NCBI RefSeq assembly: GCF_001484685.1
Contig: NZ_CP012200.1
Location: 32,321-56,320 of the forward strand
From: Thermococcus sp. 2319x1
GTDB lineage: Archaea; Methanobacteriota_B; Thermococci; Thermococcales; Thermococcaceae
Length of the DNA stretch: 24,000 bases
Direction: 5' to 3'
Of the stretch, positions 1 through 13,536 are shown piece after piece. The translations under genes and the position numbers were made by a program. Position 1 is the first letter of the stretch, and the number at the start of each line of letters is the position of its first letter. The notes beneath the pieces were generated by a model that did no database searches, had not been told where the DNA came from, and worked only from the letters and a program-made list of their open reading frames with translations.

Positions 1-656
1 CGGCAAAGGCAAAGCTTGATGACATAAGAAATACCGTAGTTCCTACGATAGAGGGGCATCACAAGTTCAAGGCATATGATCCCGAGTTTGGGTTTGCCGT
101 TGAAATTGGGGAGGGAATTTTAAGCAAAATCCCTTCTCAGAGAAGAAAGGTTAGCGAAGGCTTTTTAGAGGCATTGATCGACAATAAGGGGCCAAAGCAA
201 GGATGGCTTTTCAGATTTGAGCACGTTAAGCCAGACGGTCAAGTAATCAAGATAGGTCCGGGGGAAGTGGTGGAGGTTTCCTTGAATCCGCTGAAGCTGA
301 AGGTAAGAAGGAATCTAAAGCCGGGTAGATTCTATGATGGCTTAGATTTACCAATAGAAGCTGGGGATTATGCAATAACTGAGATCGAAGAAGGAAAATG
401 GTGGTTCAAGCACAGCTATTACGATAGAGGTGGTAACCTAAAGGGAGAATACTACAACATCTGCACCCCAGTTGAGATATATCCAGATAAGGCAAGGTAC
501 GTTGATTTAGAGGTTGATATCGTAAAGTGGCCTGACGGGAAGAAGGAGATCGTAGACAAAGACGAGCTCAGGAGACATTATGAAGAGGGGGTTATAAGTG
601 AAAAGCTCTACAAGGCTATAGTGAGATTAACTCAGGAGCTTTTTGAGAAGGTTTAA
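1..656 (+). CDS. fau-1: RNA-binding protein / probable ribonuclease FAU-1 (C-terminal DUF402 domain); 5' end lies outside the window
   Basis: Frame 3 is open from the window edge ([31 protein letters not shown]...) and runs into listed ORF 174..656, so the M at 174 is internal. The segment [32 protein letters not shown] resembles the DUF402 / RNase E/G-like domain of Pyrococcus FAU-1, recalled from memory. Confidence 0.75.
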   Translation, partial: AKAKLDDIRNTVVPTIEGHHKFKAYDPEFGFAVEIGEGILSKIPSQRRKVSEGFLEALIDNKGPKQGWLFRFEHVKPDGQVIKIGPGEVVEVSLNPLKLKVRRNLKPGRFYDGLDLPIEAGDYAITEIEEGKWWFKHSYYDRGGNLKGEYYNICTPVEIYPDKARYVDLEVDIVKWPDGKKEIVDKDELRRHYEEGVISEKLYKAIVRLTQELFEKV

Positions 657-1317
657 TTTTTTCCGCATCTTCTATTCCTTTATCCGTTATTTTAAAGTAA
701 ACAATACCCCCCTCTGGTTTGAGCCTATGTCTTTCCAAAACCGCGATTCTGAAGCCATCCCTTAGCTTTTCTAATCTGAGGATGTCTTTACACTTATATC
801 CCAAGGTATGCTCTGCTATGGGCTTTAGGAGATTGTGTTCTGAATCAAAATAGACTTGATTTACAACAATAACCCCCAGATTGTATTTTCTTGCAAGCCA
901 AAGCAGAGTCTGAAGTTGCTTTCCGAGATCAGCGGTAACTGCACTTTTGTTTTTTTCTACTCTATAGTGGTTGGTTATTGAATCCACTACGATTAGAGAG
1001 AATCTTTCATTTATGATCTTTTTAAGGCCTGAGATAGTTTTTTTCTGTTCTTTGAAATCAAACGATTCAAAAATTAGAAACTTCTGGAGGATTTTTTCTT
1101 TGTCAAGTCCTCTGGTTTCAGCCATTGTGGCCAATCTCTCGGGGGAGAACCCTCCCTCAGTATCTATATAAGCCACTTTTCCATCATTTAAAAGGCCCAC
1201 CTGCATTGCTAGAGTGGTTTTTCCAGTAGCAAATGCACCGTATACCTGAGTTAACACTCCCCTGCCTATTCCTCCACCTAGTAATTCGTCTAAGCTCTTA
1301 CTGCCGGTGGTTAGCAT
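616..1317 (-). CDS. radB: DNA repair and recombination protein RadB (RadA/Rad51 paralogue)
   Basis: Walker A GAFATGKT and Walker B-like LIVVDS. The N-terminus [16 protein letters not shown] closely matches Pyrococcus RadB as I recall it. ATG at 1317 is preferred over the GTG at 1326 used by the ORF track. The size is right for RadB. Confidence 0.9.
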   Translation of the reverse strand: MLTTGSKSLDELLGGGIGRGVLTQVYGAFATGKTTLAMQVGLLNDGKVAYIDTEGGFSPERLATMAETRGLDKEKILQKFLIFESFDFKEQKKTISGLKKIINERFSLIVVDSITNHYRVEKNKSAVTADLGKQLQTLLWLARKYNLGVIVVNQVYFDSEHNLLKPIAEHTLGYKCKDILRLEKLRDGFRIAVLERHRLKPEGGIVYFKITDKGIEDAEKIKPSQKAPELISL

Positions 1318-1328
1318 TATCCACACCG

Positions 1329-1967
1329 CTACACTTCAAGGGGCTTTCCAACTTCTGGAACTTTTACCAGAACCCATATCCTTCTCTCCCTGAGCTCTTT
1401 AATTAGTTCTTCCACATTTCCTTCACTGTAGACGCCATAGTGCATCGGTATTACTATTTTTGGCCGAACTACTTCAACTATGTTTGCCGCCTCCCTCACG
1501 TTTGCAGTTGACCTTCCGCTTATTGGTACGAAAAGGACATCTATTTTGCCCCGGAAATTTTTGAAAATCGGGCTGTAATAGGTATCCCCTGTATGGAAAA
1601 GTGTTTTCTGCTCATTGGATATGATGTACCCTACCGGATACTGGCTTGAGGGGTGCTCCATAAATATCGCCTTTACTCTAACCTTGTTTTCAAGTTCTAT
1701 CTCTTGTTCTCCTTCTATCTCCATGACTTTGGTTATTCCGTCGCTTATTGCCATCAGGTAGACGGGTTTGGGTCCTATTACAGTTGCATCTCTAAGTCTC
1801 GCAAGAAGGGGTGTTTTGCCGTAGTGGTCTATGTGTTCATGGGTAACCAGTATGTAATCGATGCCGTCTATGGCATCGTCATTGACATATTCATAGGGGT
1901 CTATCAGAATTTTCACACCATTTATTTCAATCCAAAAACAAGCATGACCATACCAGATAATCTTCAT
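1329..1967 (-). CDS. Metallo-beta-lactamase-fold metal-dependent hydrolase (UPF0173-like)
   Basis: 212-aa ORF with an HxHxDH motif (THEHIDH) and the N-terminus [11 protein letters not shown] typical of this family. Its stop lies 2 nt before the radB start region, so co-transcription is likely. Confidence 0.8.
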   Translation of the reverse strand: MKIIWYGHACFWIEINGVKILIDPYEYVNDDAIDGIDYILVTHEHIDHYGKTPLLARLRDATVIGPKPVYLMAISDGITKVMEIEGEQEIELENKVRVKAIFMEHPSSQYPVGYIISNEQKTLFHTGDTYYSPIFKNFRGKIDVLFVPISGRSTANVREAANIVEVVRPKIVIPMHYGVYSEGNVEELIKELRERRIWVLVKVPEVGKPLEV

Positions 1968-2068
1968 AGGCGTGGCCTCCGAGAATAATAGATTGAAGCC
2001 CCACTTAAATCTTTCCCATCAAACGTTGGTTTTATAAAGGAATTATCATTATTTCGATTTGAAGGAAT

Positions 2069-2422
2069 ATGAAGGGGTTAATAGTCAAGGAACCATTTGC
2101 TTCGTGGATTGTGGAAGGAAAGAAGAAATGGGAAATTAGAAAGAGCTCCACCAAGATTAGAGGGGAAGTTTACATTATAAACAGGGGTTTTGCAATAGGA
2201 AAAGCGGAACTTGTGGATGTCTTGGGTCCCTTCACACCTGAGGAGCTAAAGGTGCATAAGGAAAAGCATCTCGCAGAATATGAGTTCCTAAAGGGCTATT
2301 CAAACGGTAAGAGACTTTACGCGTGGGTTTTCAAAAATCCTGTGAAGTTTGAGAGGCCATTGGGGGTTATAATGGCAAAAGGTGCTCAAATATGGGTTAA
2401 TATAAGGGGGTTCAAGGAGTGA
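2069..2422 (+). CDS. ASCH domain (PUA-like fold) protein
   Basis: 117-aa ORF. The N-terminus KEPFASWIVEGKKKWEIRK matches the ASCH pattern (pyfe.i.sGkKtvEiR). A TATA-like TTTTATAAAGG lies about 35 nt upstream. The stop overlaps the next start (GTGA at 2419-2422). Confidence 0.7.
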   Translation: MKGLIVKEPFASWIVEGKKKWEIRKSSTKIRGEVYIINRGFAIGKAELVDVLGPFTPEELKVHKEKHLAEYEFLKGYSNGKRLYAWVFKNPVKFERPLGVIMAKGAQIWVNIRGFKE

Positions 2423-3117
2423 GGAGGTACTTTTTTCTACCTCTAACCTTGCCTTTCTTAGTTCTCTTGATTTTCTTGTTAACTATTCTTTTCATACTCT
2501 TTGCAGGTACAATAACACTGGCATTTCAAAAGCTGGGACTTCCTCTTCCAGTAGCTTTTACGCTGTTTTGGGCTTCATTAATAGGAAGCTTCATCAACAT
2601 TCCGGTTAAGGAGATCAGAAGCTATGGGCCAATTGTTAGAGTTGCCAAAGTGTCTTTTTTTGGCATCACTTATCCCGTTCCATACGTTGACTGGGGTGAG
2701 CAAAAAACAATAGTGAGTGTTAACGTTGGGGGAGCTCTTGTTCCCCTGAGTGTGGTTCTCTATGAGCTATTGAGGCTTATAGTCCTTGAACAAAATGATC
2801 TTTTAATTAGAGTGGCGGTCGCCGTTTTTGTCTCGACGATAGTTAGCAAAACCTTTTCAAGACCAGTGAAAGGATTAGGCATAGCAATTCCTACTTTTGT
2901 TCCCCCCTTAGTTGCTGCTCTCCTTGCCCTCACTATAGGGGCATCAAATAAGCCCCTGGTGGCGTATACAAGCGGTACAATGGGTGTCCTTATAGGGGCT
3001 GATTTGTTAAACTGGAACAAGCTCAAAGATCTCGGAGCTCCGATGGTTAGCATAGGAGGTGCCGGTACTTTCGATGGTATTTTTCTTGCCGGTGTTATTG
3101 CGGTGTTGCTGGTATGA
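2419..3117 (+). CDS. Polytopic membrane protein, DUF1614-like
   Basis: 232-aa strongly hydrophobic ORF with several predicted TM segments. It has a C-terminal [11 protein letters not shown] motif that I associate with DUF1614; the family name is from memory. Its GTG start overlaps the ASCH stop. Confidence 0.6.
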   Translation: MRRYFFLPLTLPFLVLLIFLLTILFILFAGTITLAFQKLGLPLPVAFTLFWASLIGSFINIPVKEIRSYGPIVRVAKVSFFGITYPVPYVDWGEQKTIVSVNVGGALVPLSVVLYELLRLIVLEQNDLLIRVAVAVFVSTIVSKTFSRPVKGLGIAIPTFVPPLVAALLALTIGASNKPLVAYTSGTMGVLIGADLLNWNKLKDLGAPMVSIGGAGTFDGIFLAGVIAVLLV

Positions 3118-3161
3118 AAAAGGTATTAAACGCTAAACCCATTCTCTCTGGGGTGGCTGTG

Positions 3162-4016
3162 ATGAAAGTAGTACTGGGGAGTGGGGCTTATCACATGGCC
3201 GAAGAGGTTAAGATGAAGGCAAGCAAATACGGCAGGGAAGTTTTGGAGGTTGAGATAAAGAAGTTCCCCGATGGGGAAAAGTACGTAAGGATTCTTGGAG
3301 AGGGAAAAGAAGCTGTTGTTGTTCAATCCACCTTTAATCCTCAAGATGAGCACCTTATTGAGCTACTCCTCTTGGGAGATGCACTTAAAGAGAGAGGGTT
3401 TGAGCATCTTAAGGCAGTTGTTCCGTATCTGGCTTATTCAAGGCAGGACAGGGTTACCAAAGAAGGAGAGCCAATAAGCGTTAGGGCAGTTATGAAGGCT
3501 CTTGGCATCTATTATGATGAGCTTTATGTCTTTGACCTCCATAATCCAAAAACTCTGGAATACTTCCCGGGGAAGGCAGTTAACTTAAGCCCTGCCAGAG
3601 CCATAGCCGAGTACTTTAGGGAAAAGCTTGGTGAAGGGTTAGTTTTAGCTCCGGACAAGGGTGCATTGGAGAGGGCAAAGGCTGTTGCGGAGCTTCTTGG
3701 TTTAGAGTTTAGCCACTTCGAGAAGAAGCGCGTCTCTCCAACCGAAGTTCGGATGACTCCAGTAGAAGTTGACGTGAAAGGGAAAAACGTGCTCATAGTG
3801 GATGACATCATAAGCACTGGGGGCACTATGGTAAAGGCTGCCGACATACTAAGGGAGATGGGCGCTGGAAAAATATTTGTTGCTGCAACCCATGGGGTCT
3901 TTGCCGAAGGGGCTATTGAGAGAGTTAGCAAAGCAGTTGATGAGCTTGCCGTTACAAACACTATTCCCACTTCAGTTTCGAAGATAAGTCTTGTGGAAGA
4001 CATTTTGAGGCTTTAA
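3162..4016 (+). CDS. prs: Ribose-phosphate pyrophosphokinase (PRPP synthetase)
   Basis: PRPP-binding loop [14 protein letters not shown] and YLAYSRQDR. The homologue-like N-terminus [11 protein letters not shown] begins at ATG 3162. An alternative upstream ATG at 3114 overlaps the preceding stop (ATGA) and would add 16 aa. Confidence 0.9.
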   Translation: MKVVLGSGAYHMAEEVKMKASKYGREVLEVEIKKFPDGEKYVRILGEGKEAVVVQSTFNPQDEHLIELLLLGDALKERGFEHLKAVVPYLAYSRQDRVTKEGEPISVRAVMKALGIYYDELYVFDLHNPKTLEYFPGKAVNLSPARAIAEYFREKLGEGLVLAPDKGALERAKAVAELLGLEFSHFEKKRVSPTEVRMTPVEVDVKGKNVLIVDDIISTGGTMVKAADILREMGAGKIFVAATHGVFAEGAIERVSKAVDELAVTNTIPTSVSKISLVEDILRL

Positions 4017-4018
4017 TG

Positions 4019-4041
4019 TCTTTTAATGCCTTCTTTTTATT
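4019..4041 (+). terminator. Oligo-T tract downstream of prs (archaeal-type terminator)
   Basis: TCTTTTAATGCCTTCTTTTTATT lies immediately after the TAA stop at 4014-4016. Confidence 0.4.
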
Positions 4042-4189
4042 GTGGTTGGAGGATTCTTCATGTGTAAATGGGTATGGGGCTTGTTTTTTTGGTGGGGTTT
4101 AGATACATACTGCCCAATTGAGGAAGTAGCTTGGTGTTTTTCACTTAAATGTTCAAAATTCGTAATAACAAAACTCGATTTTAACAGCT

Positions 4190-4240
4190 TTTTTACTAAA
4201 AATATGGCCTCTCAAGGCTTTGCAAAAATTTTTCATTATG
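4190..4240 (+). promoter_or_regulatory. Probable rRNA operon promoter region (BRE/TATA candidates)
   Basis: Two A/T-rich TATA-like elements, TACTAAAAATAT at about 4194-4205 and AAAAATTTTTCATTAT at about 4223-4238, sit just before the abrupt switch to GC-rich transcribed leader at about 4256. The second is at the expected distance of about 25 nt. The exact TSS is not determinable by eye. Confidence 0.4.
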
Positions 4241-4255
4241 GGAGTCTCGAGCTAT

Positions 4256-4503
4256 AGGGTGGAGCGCCCGAATAAGGGCGCCCAAAGCCCAGGCATAAAA
4301 CGGCGGCGTCGAGGGGAGTGGGTGCAAAGCACCCAACAATGAACCCCGCCCTCCAGCCTTGGGCACAACAAAGTGCGCTCCCGAGGAAACCCGAAAGGGG
4401 ACCCCTCGGGGGTAAGGCAGGCCCAACACCCCGACCAAACCCCGGATGGGTTTTATGGTACTCCCCTTCGAGGGGAGTCCCACCGGCCGTACTCCTAATA
4501 GCA
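4256..4503 (+). other. 16S rRNA 5' leader containing the 5' half of the 16S processing helix and several GC hairpins
   Basis: GC-rich non-coding stretch. 4415-4432 and 4440-4453 are perfectly complementary to 6019-6036 and 5998-6011 downstream of the 16S. Local hairpins are at 4264-4281, about 4319-4333 and about 4461-4477. Confidence 0.8.
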
Positions 4504-5989
<1,486 letters not shown>

Positions 5990-6042
5990 ATCGCCGGAAA
6001 CCCATCCGGGGGGCTTAAGGGGTGTTGGGCCTGCCTTTTCGT

Positions 6043-6119
6043 GGGCCGGTAGCTCAGCCTGGGAGAGCGCCGGCTTTGCAAGCCGGAGGCCCCGGGTTCA
6101 AATCCCGGCCGGTCCACCA
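6043..6119 (+). tRNA. tRNA-Ala (anticodon UGC), genomically encoded CCA
   Basis: A full cloverleaf was folded by hand: acceptor GGGCCGG/CCGGUCC with the G3:U70 Ala identity pair, D arm GCUC/GAGC, anticodon stem CCGGC/GCCGG with loop UUUGCAA, T arm CCGGG-UUCAAAU-CCCGG, discriminator A, CCA. It lies in the 16S-23S spacer as is typical for Euryarchaeota. Confidence 0.97.
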
Positions 6120-6237
6120 CGAAGAGGTGCACATCCCGAGCAACGCTCGGGGTGGAAGGGTCCTAGGCCCCGAATAAGGGGTCACGATGAGGACCGTGCA
6201 TAGGTGGATTTGGCCCAAAAAATGTCCAGCCTCCAAG

Positions 6238-9268
<3,031 letters not shown>

Positions 9269-9392
9269 AAGGAGGCTGGACATTTGATAGGCCAAATCCA
9301 CCTATGCACGGTCCTCAAAATGATTCTTCTCTGTTTTCTGAAATATCGATAAATTCAAAAATTGTGTTCTTGAGTCTTTTCTGGTGATTGTA

Positions 9393-9866
9393 ATGAAATT
9401 GCTGGTACTTGATTTGGACGGAACCTTGTGGGATCATTGCGACGCCTCCAAACTTGTTCCTCCATTTACAAGGAATGGAAATGAAGTGACCGACGCATAT
9501 GGGAATAGGCTGAGGCTGTTTGATGGAGTTTTGGAGTTTTTAGAGTGGGCAAGAGGCAGGTTTCTTTTAAGCGTTGCAAGTTGGAACATTGAGGAGTTTG
9601 TGAGGCCGATTCTGGAGGAATTTGGCATTTGGGAGTATTTTGTCTTTCCAAAAATAGAATACCACCCAAACAAAGCAGACATGATACTTCGAACGTTGAA
9701 GCAACTCGAGAGTGAAGGATACAAAATATCGGAAGTTATTTATGTTGATGATAGGACAATTCACCTTGAGGATGTAAAGAGGAGCATTCCAAACCTCAGG
9801 TTTATACACATGTGGGTTGATGTAAGGAGCTTTGAGGAGCTTAAGGAACTCCTGGAAAGATTATAA
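9393..9866 (+). CDS. HAD-superfamily phosphatase, magnesium-dependent phosphatase-1 (MDP-1)-like
   Basis: HAD motif I LVLDLDGTLWDH at the N-terminus and the late acidic motif YVDDR. Size is about 157 aa. ATG at 9393 is preferred over the GTG at 9384. Confidence 0.75.
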   Translation: MKLLVLDLDGTLWDHCDASKLVPPFTRNGNEVTDAYGNRLRLFDGVLEFLEWARGRFLLSVASWNIEEFVRPILEEFGIWEYFVFPKIEYHPNKADMILRTLKQLESEGYKISEVIYVDDRTIHLEDVKRSIPNLRFIHMWVDVRSFEELKELLERL

Positions 9867-9876
9867 GGTGGTCTAA

Positions 9877-10443
9877 ATGGAGCTTTTGGTTGTAACTGAC
9901 AGAAGGATAGATTACGATGGTTCGGCAATAAGAAGTCACTGGGCCTACAGAAACTTTGGGGCTTTGGGAAATTCTATAGTGGTTTTTAGAGGCAAATGTG
10001 ATGTAAAAGTTGAGGAAATGATTGATATTGAAGACCTCCGGCAGAGAAAGGAAATTAAAAGCGACGATATGGTCCACTATATAATAGAGGTTTTTGATTA
10101 TCCCAACGTTCTTTTGGCCTCTGCTCTCCAGAAACTCTTTATAGCAAAGCTTTGCGAGCTATTAGGAGAATATGGCATAAAAACCTCTCGGAAAGGGGAT
10201 GACATCTACATCGATGGCAGAAAGCTCAGTATCTCAATAGCCACGGTTTCGCCGGTTAGTATAAAAATACACATCGGGATAAACGTTGAGGCAAAGGGAA
10301 TTCCGAAGGGAGTCAACGCAATTGGGCTTAAAGAGCTTGGAATTCTTGATATTCCGGAGTTTATGAAAAAGAGTGGAAAAGCCCTGGCTGAAGAGTTTGT
10401 CAAAGTGAAAAAAGACAGCCTCAAGGTGAGATGGGCTGAATAG
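9877..10443 (+). CDS. Conserved archaeal protein, DUF366-like
   Basis: 188-aa ORF with normal local codon usage, 10 nt after the HAD phosphatase stop and so probably in the same operon. The DUF366 family assignment is from memory only. Confidence 0.5.
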   Translation: MELLVVTDRRIDYDGSAIRSHWAYRNFGALGNSIVVFRGKCDVKVEEMIDIEDLRQRKEIKSDDMVHYIIEVFDYPNVLLASALQKLFIAKLCELLGEYGIKTSRKGDDIYIDGRKLSISIATVSPVSIKIHIGINVEAKGIPKGVNAIGLKELGILDIPEFMKKSGKALAEEFVKVKKDSLKVRWAE

Positions 10444-11070
10444 TTAAACTAGCGGATAGAGAAAGGTAGCCACGAGGGGAACAGCCAGATTATCGTCTAG
10501 AAACCTTTGGTACTCTGCCAATGTTAATATTCCGCTCCATACTAGTTTTATTGTGAACGAGTTTTCCGGAAAAACTGCAAACGCTATTAAAAACGCTGTT
10601 ACGAAATATCCCAAGCTGCCGCTCCAATGTTTTTTGAGTTTTACGTTGTACCCATTTTTTCTGAAGTAGTAGAACCTCAAAATACCTGTAACGCCATCGC
10701 TTATTGCCATAATCAGCAACACTGCTGTTGCGTATTCTCTTGGAAGAAAAGCAACTACAAAAGAAGCAGAAAAGGCAAAAAACACTTCGCCATAATTCCT
10801 GTTTATTTGGTACCAGGAAAGTTCTTCTCTCTTTAGGTGGAACATTAACTGGGCCAATGCAAAAGCAAAAGCTGCGGGGGCGAAGACTTCTCTTGGAATT
10901 TTTCCGGTGTAATAAAACACTATCGCAGGCGTAATGCTGAAGTGGATTATCTTTCTATTAACCCAAGCGTACTCTTCTCCGAGCTTTTTTGTAAATCCTA
11001 TCGCAAGTATAATAATACCAGCCGCAATGCCGGCATAGAGTAGCCACTCGAGGAACATTGATTTCACCAA
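10444..11070 (-). CDS. CTP-dependent polyprenol (dolichol/phytol) kinase-family membrane protein (SEC59/VTE5-like)
   Basis: 208-aa multi-TM ORF with NRKIIH (family S/T-RKxxH motif), ISDGVTGILR (GDxxAxxxG-like) and KKHWSGSLGYF (K-S/T-xEGSxxxF-like). It lacks the CarS motifs GDGKTWRG and SFIKRR, so it is not CDP-archaeol synthase. Confidence 0.55.
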   Translation of the reverse strand: MVKSMFLEWLLYAGIAAGIIILAIGFTKKLGEEYAWVNRKIIHFSITPAIVFYYTGKIPREVFAPAAFAFALAQLMFHLKREELSWYQINRNYGEVFFAFSASFVVAFLPREYATAVLLIMAISDGVTGILRFYYFRKNGYNVKLKKHWSGSLGYFVTAFLIAFAVFPENSFTIKLVWSGILTLAEYQRFLDDNLAVPLVATFLYPLV

Positions 11071-11187
11071 CCAAGCAATTAAATGTTGGGGAAACTAATA
11101 TATTTTTTTGTCCAGGTTGAAGACTTTTATACGTTAGCTAGCCAAAGCTTAAAAAGTGTATCTCATACTTACCTGCAGGTGGGGGTA

Positions 11188-12768
11188 ATGGTTCATTGGG
11201 CTGACTATATGGCGGAAAAGATCATCAAGGAGAGAGGGGACAAAGAAGAGTATGTGGTGGAAAGCGGAATAACGCCGAGTGGTTACGTTCATATAGGAAA
11301 CTTTAGGGAACTCTTTACCGCTTATATTGTGGGACATGCACTGAGGGATAAAGGAAAGAGAGTTAGGCACATTCATATGTGGGACGATTACGACCGCTTT
11401 AGAAAGGTACCGAAGAACGTCCCCAAGGAGTGGAGTGAATACTTAACAATGCCAGTCAGTGAAGTTCCAGATCCGTGGGGATGTCACGACAGCTACGCGG
11501 ATCATTTTATGGGTATCTTTGAGGAAGAGGTTGAAAAGCTTGGGATTGAGGTTGATTTTCTTAGGGCAAGCAAACTTTACAAAAGCGGGGAATATGCGAA
11601 CGAAATCAGGTTAGCCCTCAAAAAGAGGGAGAAAATAATGGAAATCTTGAACAGGTTTAGGGATATGGCAAAGCAATCTCATCTGCCCGATAATTGGCAG
11701 CCGATACAGATTTACTGTCCAAAATGTAGGAAAGAAGCTGAGTTTGTTAAATGGGATGGGGAATGGAAGGTTTTTTATAAATGTCCGCACTGCGGTGCCG
11801 AGGGCGAAACCGAAATAAGGGAGGGCAACGTCAAGCTTCGCTGGCGCGTTGATTGGCCAATGAGGTGGGCTCATTTCAAAGTGGATTTCGAACCGGCAGG
11901 AAAGGATCACTTAGCTGCTGGAAGCTCTTATGACACCGGGAGGGAAATAGTGGAGAATGTCTTTGGCTGGAAGGTGCCGATGACATTGATGTATGAATTC
12001 GTTGGCATAAAGGGTCAAAAGGGCAAAATGAGCGGAAGCAAGGGGAATGTTATTCTCCTCAGCGATCTTTATGAGGTTCTCGAGCCCGGTGTCATAAGGT
12101 TCATATACGCAAGACATAGGCCAAACAAGGAAATCAAGATCGACTTAGGCTTGGGCTTGCTTAATCTTTACGACGAATTTGATAGGGTTGAGAGACTGTA
12201 TTTTGGCTTGGAGGAGGCTAAAAACCTTGAAGAAGCTGAAGAACTCAAAAGGACATATGAACTTTCGATGCCCTCTCTCCCGAACCGCTTGATTGCTCAG
12301 GCCCCCTTTAGATTCCTCGTTGTCCTTGTTCAAATGCCCCACCTAACTGGAGAGAAGATAATTGAAATACTAAAAGAACAGGGTCACGTTCCGGCACAGC
12401 TTGACGAGGAAGACCTGAACAGAACTCGGCTCAGAATACAGCTTGCCAAAAACTGGGTTGAAAAATACGCTCCCGATGAGGTTAAATTTGAGATTCAGGA
12501 AAAAATTCCACAAATTGAGATAAGCGAAGAAATAAGAGAAGCCCTTATGGAAGTTGCGGAGTGGTTTGAGGGAAGAGAAAAATTCACAGTCGATGAGCTC
12601 AATTCGATTATATTCAACGCCGCCAAGAAGAGAAACATACCAAGCGAGAAGTACTTTGGGGTTCTCTACAACCTCTTCATAGGAAAGGATAGAGGACCAA
12701 GACTTGCTCCCTTCTTGGCATCACTGGACAGGGAATTTGTCATAAAAAGGCTTAAGCTTGAGAGCTGA
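11188..12768 (+). CDS. lysS: Lysine--tRNA ligase, class I
   Basis: HIGH-type motif YVHIGNF, KMSKS-type KMSGSKG and a CPKC...CPHCG zinc motif. The size of 526 aa from ATG 11188 matches Pyrococcus class I LysRS. GGTGGGGG lies upstream. The 35 codons the ORF track adds upstream look non-coding and contain the promoter. Confidence 0.93.
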   Translation: MVHWADYMAEKIIKERGDKEEYVVESGITPSGYVHIGNFRELFTAYIVGHALRDKGKRVRHIHMWDDYDRFRKVPKNVPKEWSEYLTMPVSEVPDPWGCHDSYADHFMGIFEEEVEKLGIEVDFLRASKLYKSGEYANEIRLALKKREKIMEILNRFRDMAKQSHLPDNWQPIQIYCPKCRKEAEFVKWDGEWKVFYKCPHCGAEGETEIREGNVKLRWRVDWPMRWAHFKVDFEPAGKDHLAAGSSYDTGREIVENVFGWKVPMTLMYEFVGIKGQKGKMSGSKGNVILLSDLYEVLEPGVIRFIYARHRPNKEIKIDLGLGLLNLYDEFDRVERLYFGLEEAKNLEEAEELKRTYELSMPSLPNRLIAQAPFRFLVVLVQMPHLTGEKIIEILKEQGHVPAQLDEEDLNRTRLRIQLAKNWVEKYAPDEVKFEIQEKIPQIEISEEIREALMEVAEWFEGREKFTVDELNSIIFNAAKKRNIPSEKYFGVLYNLFIGKDRGPRLAPFLASLDREFVIKRLKLES

Positions 12769-12771
12769 TTT

Positions 12772-13455
12772 TTATTTTTTATACACATTTAAGTAGGATA
12801 TATCGTCAAGTTTAAAGCTCTCTAGGGGAGTGAAATAGAGTTTTGCGAGCAACTCTATGGCAGTTTTTCCCCATATTGTAAATCTCACCTTAAAAGAATC
12901 TTTCTCGCTCTCGTACTCTATCACGGCAGTTTTTTCTCCTTCGTCAACCATTACCCTGCTTATCCAGTATTCCTCTCCAACTATGGTTCCCATTTGGACT
13001 CTTGAAAGGAGTTCCCTCATGTCTACAAAATTTATCAGAAACAGCCCATCTTTTTTGAGAACTCTTTTAACCTCCTTAAAGACTTCATTAAGTTCTTTAG
13101 GTAAGAAGTGGACAGTTGTATTTCCAAGAAAGAGGACGTAATCAAACGTTTCATCTTCAAAGGGCAACTCTCTTGCATCTCCAACAATAAATTTCACCCT
13201 GGAATTTTTTTCCTTTGCGTATTCTATGGCTTTTTTGATCATATCCTCGCTTATATCAACTCCAACAACTTCAAATCCATAATCTTCAAGAAGAAAGGAG
13301 AACCCTCCGACACCGCATGCCAAGTCCAAAACTTTTCCTTTTCTCTTCATAACTCTGAGCAGATAGGGTTCGAGCTCTTCTATTCTCCGTTGGTATTCCT
13401 TCGAGTTTATATCGGTGTAAGCCTTAAATGCACGGTAATACTCTTTAAAGCTCAT
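12772..13455 (-). CDS. Class I SAM-dependent methyltransferase (substrate unknown)
   Basis: Motif I VLDLACGVGG, motif II-like acidic residue VGVDISEDM, and DYVLFLGN post-I region. 227 aa. Confidence 0.8.
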   Translation of the reverse strand: MSFKEYYRAFKAYTDINSKEYQRRIEELEPYLLRVMKRKGKVLDLACGVGGFSFLLEDYGFEVVGVDISEDMIKKAIEYAKEKNSRVKFIVGDARELPFEDETFDYVLFLGNTTVHFLPKELNEVFKEVKRVLKKDGLFLINFVDMRELLSRVQMGTIVGEEYWISRVMVDEGEKTAVIEYESEKDSFKVRFTIWGKTAIELLAKLYFTPLESFKLDDISYLNVYKK

Positions 13456-13536
13456 GTTAGAAAATAGGAGGTGTTGGCAAATAAACCTTCCGCCAGGTTT
13501 TTAACTTCTCCACCTTAATTTTCTTGGTGGTGAACT

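Noticed and set aside
3514-3540. Perfect AUGAUGA heptamer followed about 11 nt later by UUGA, inside prs
   Set aside because: It lies inside a well-supported CDS, the putative guide is AT-rich, and there is no proper D box or second box pair.
4042-4257. 71-aa ORF (MVGGFFMCKWVWGLFFWW...) between prs and the rRNA operon
   Set aside because: It is an AT-rich promoter/terminator spacer with odd Trp/Phe-rich composition. It has no Shine-Dalgarno and overlaps the TATA candidates for the rRNA operon.
9321-9345. AUGAUUC ... CUGA arrangement after the 23S, resembling a C/D pair
   Set aside because: The C box lacks the second GA. The spacer is 11 nt of pure U/C. There are no C'/D' boxes, and the region is AT-rich. 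It is better explained as a terminator tract.
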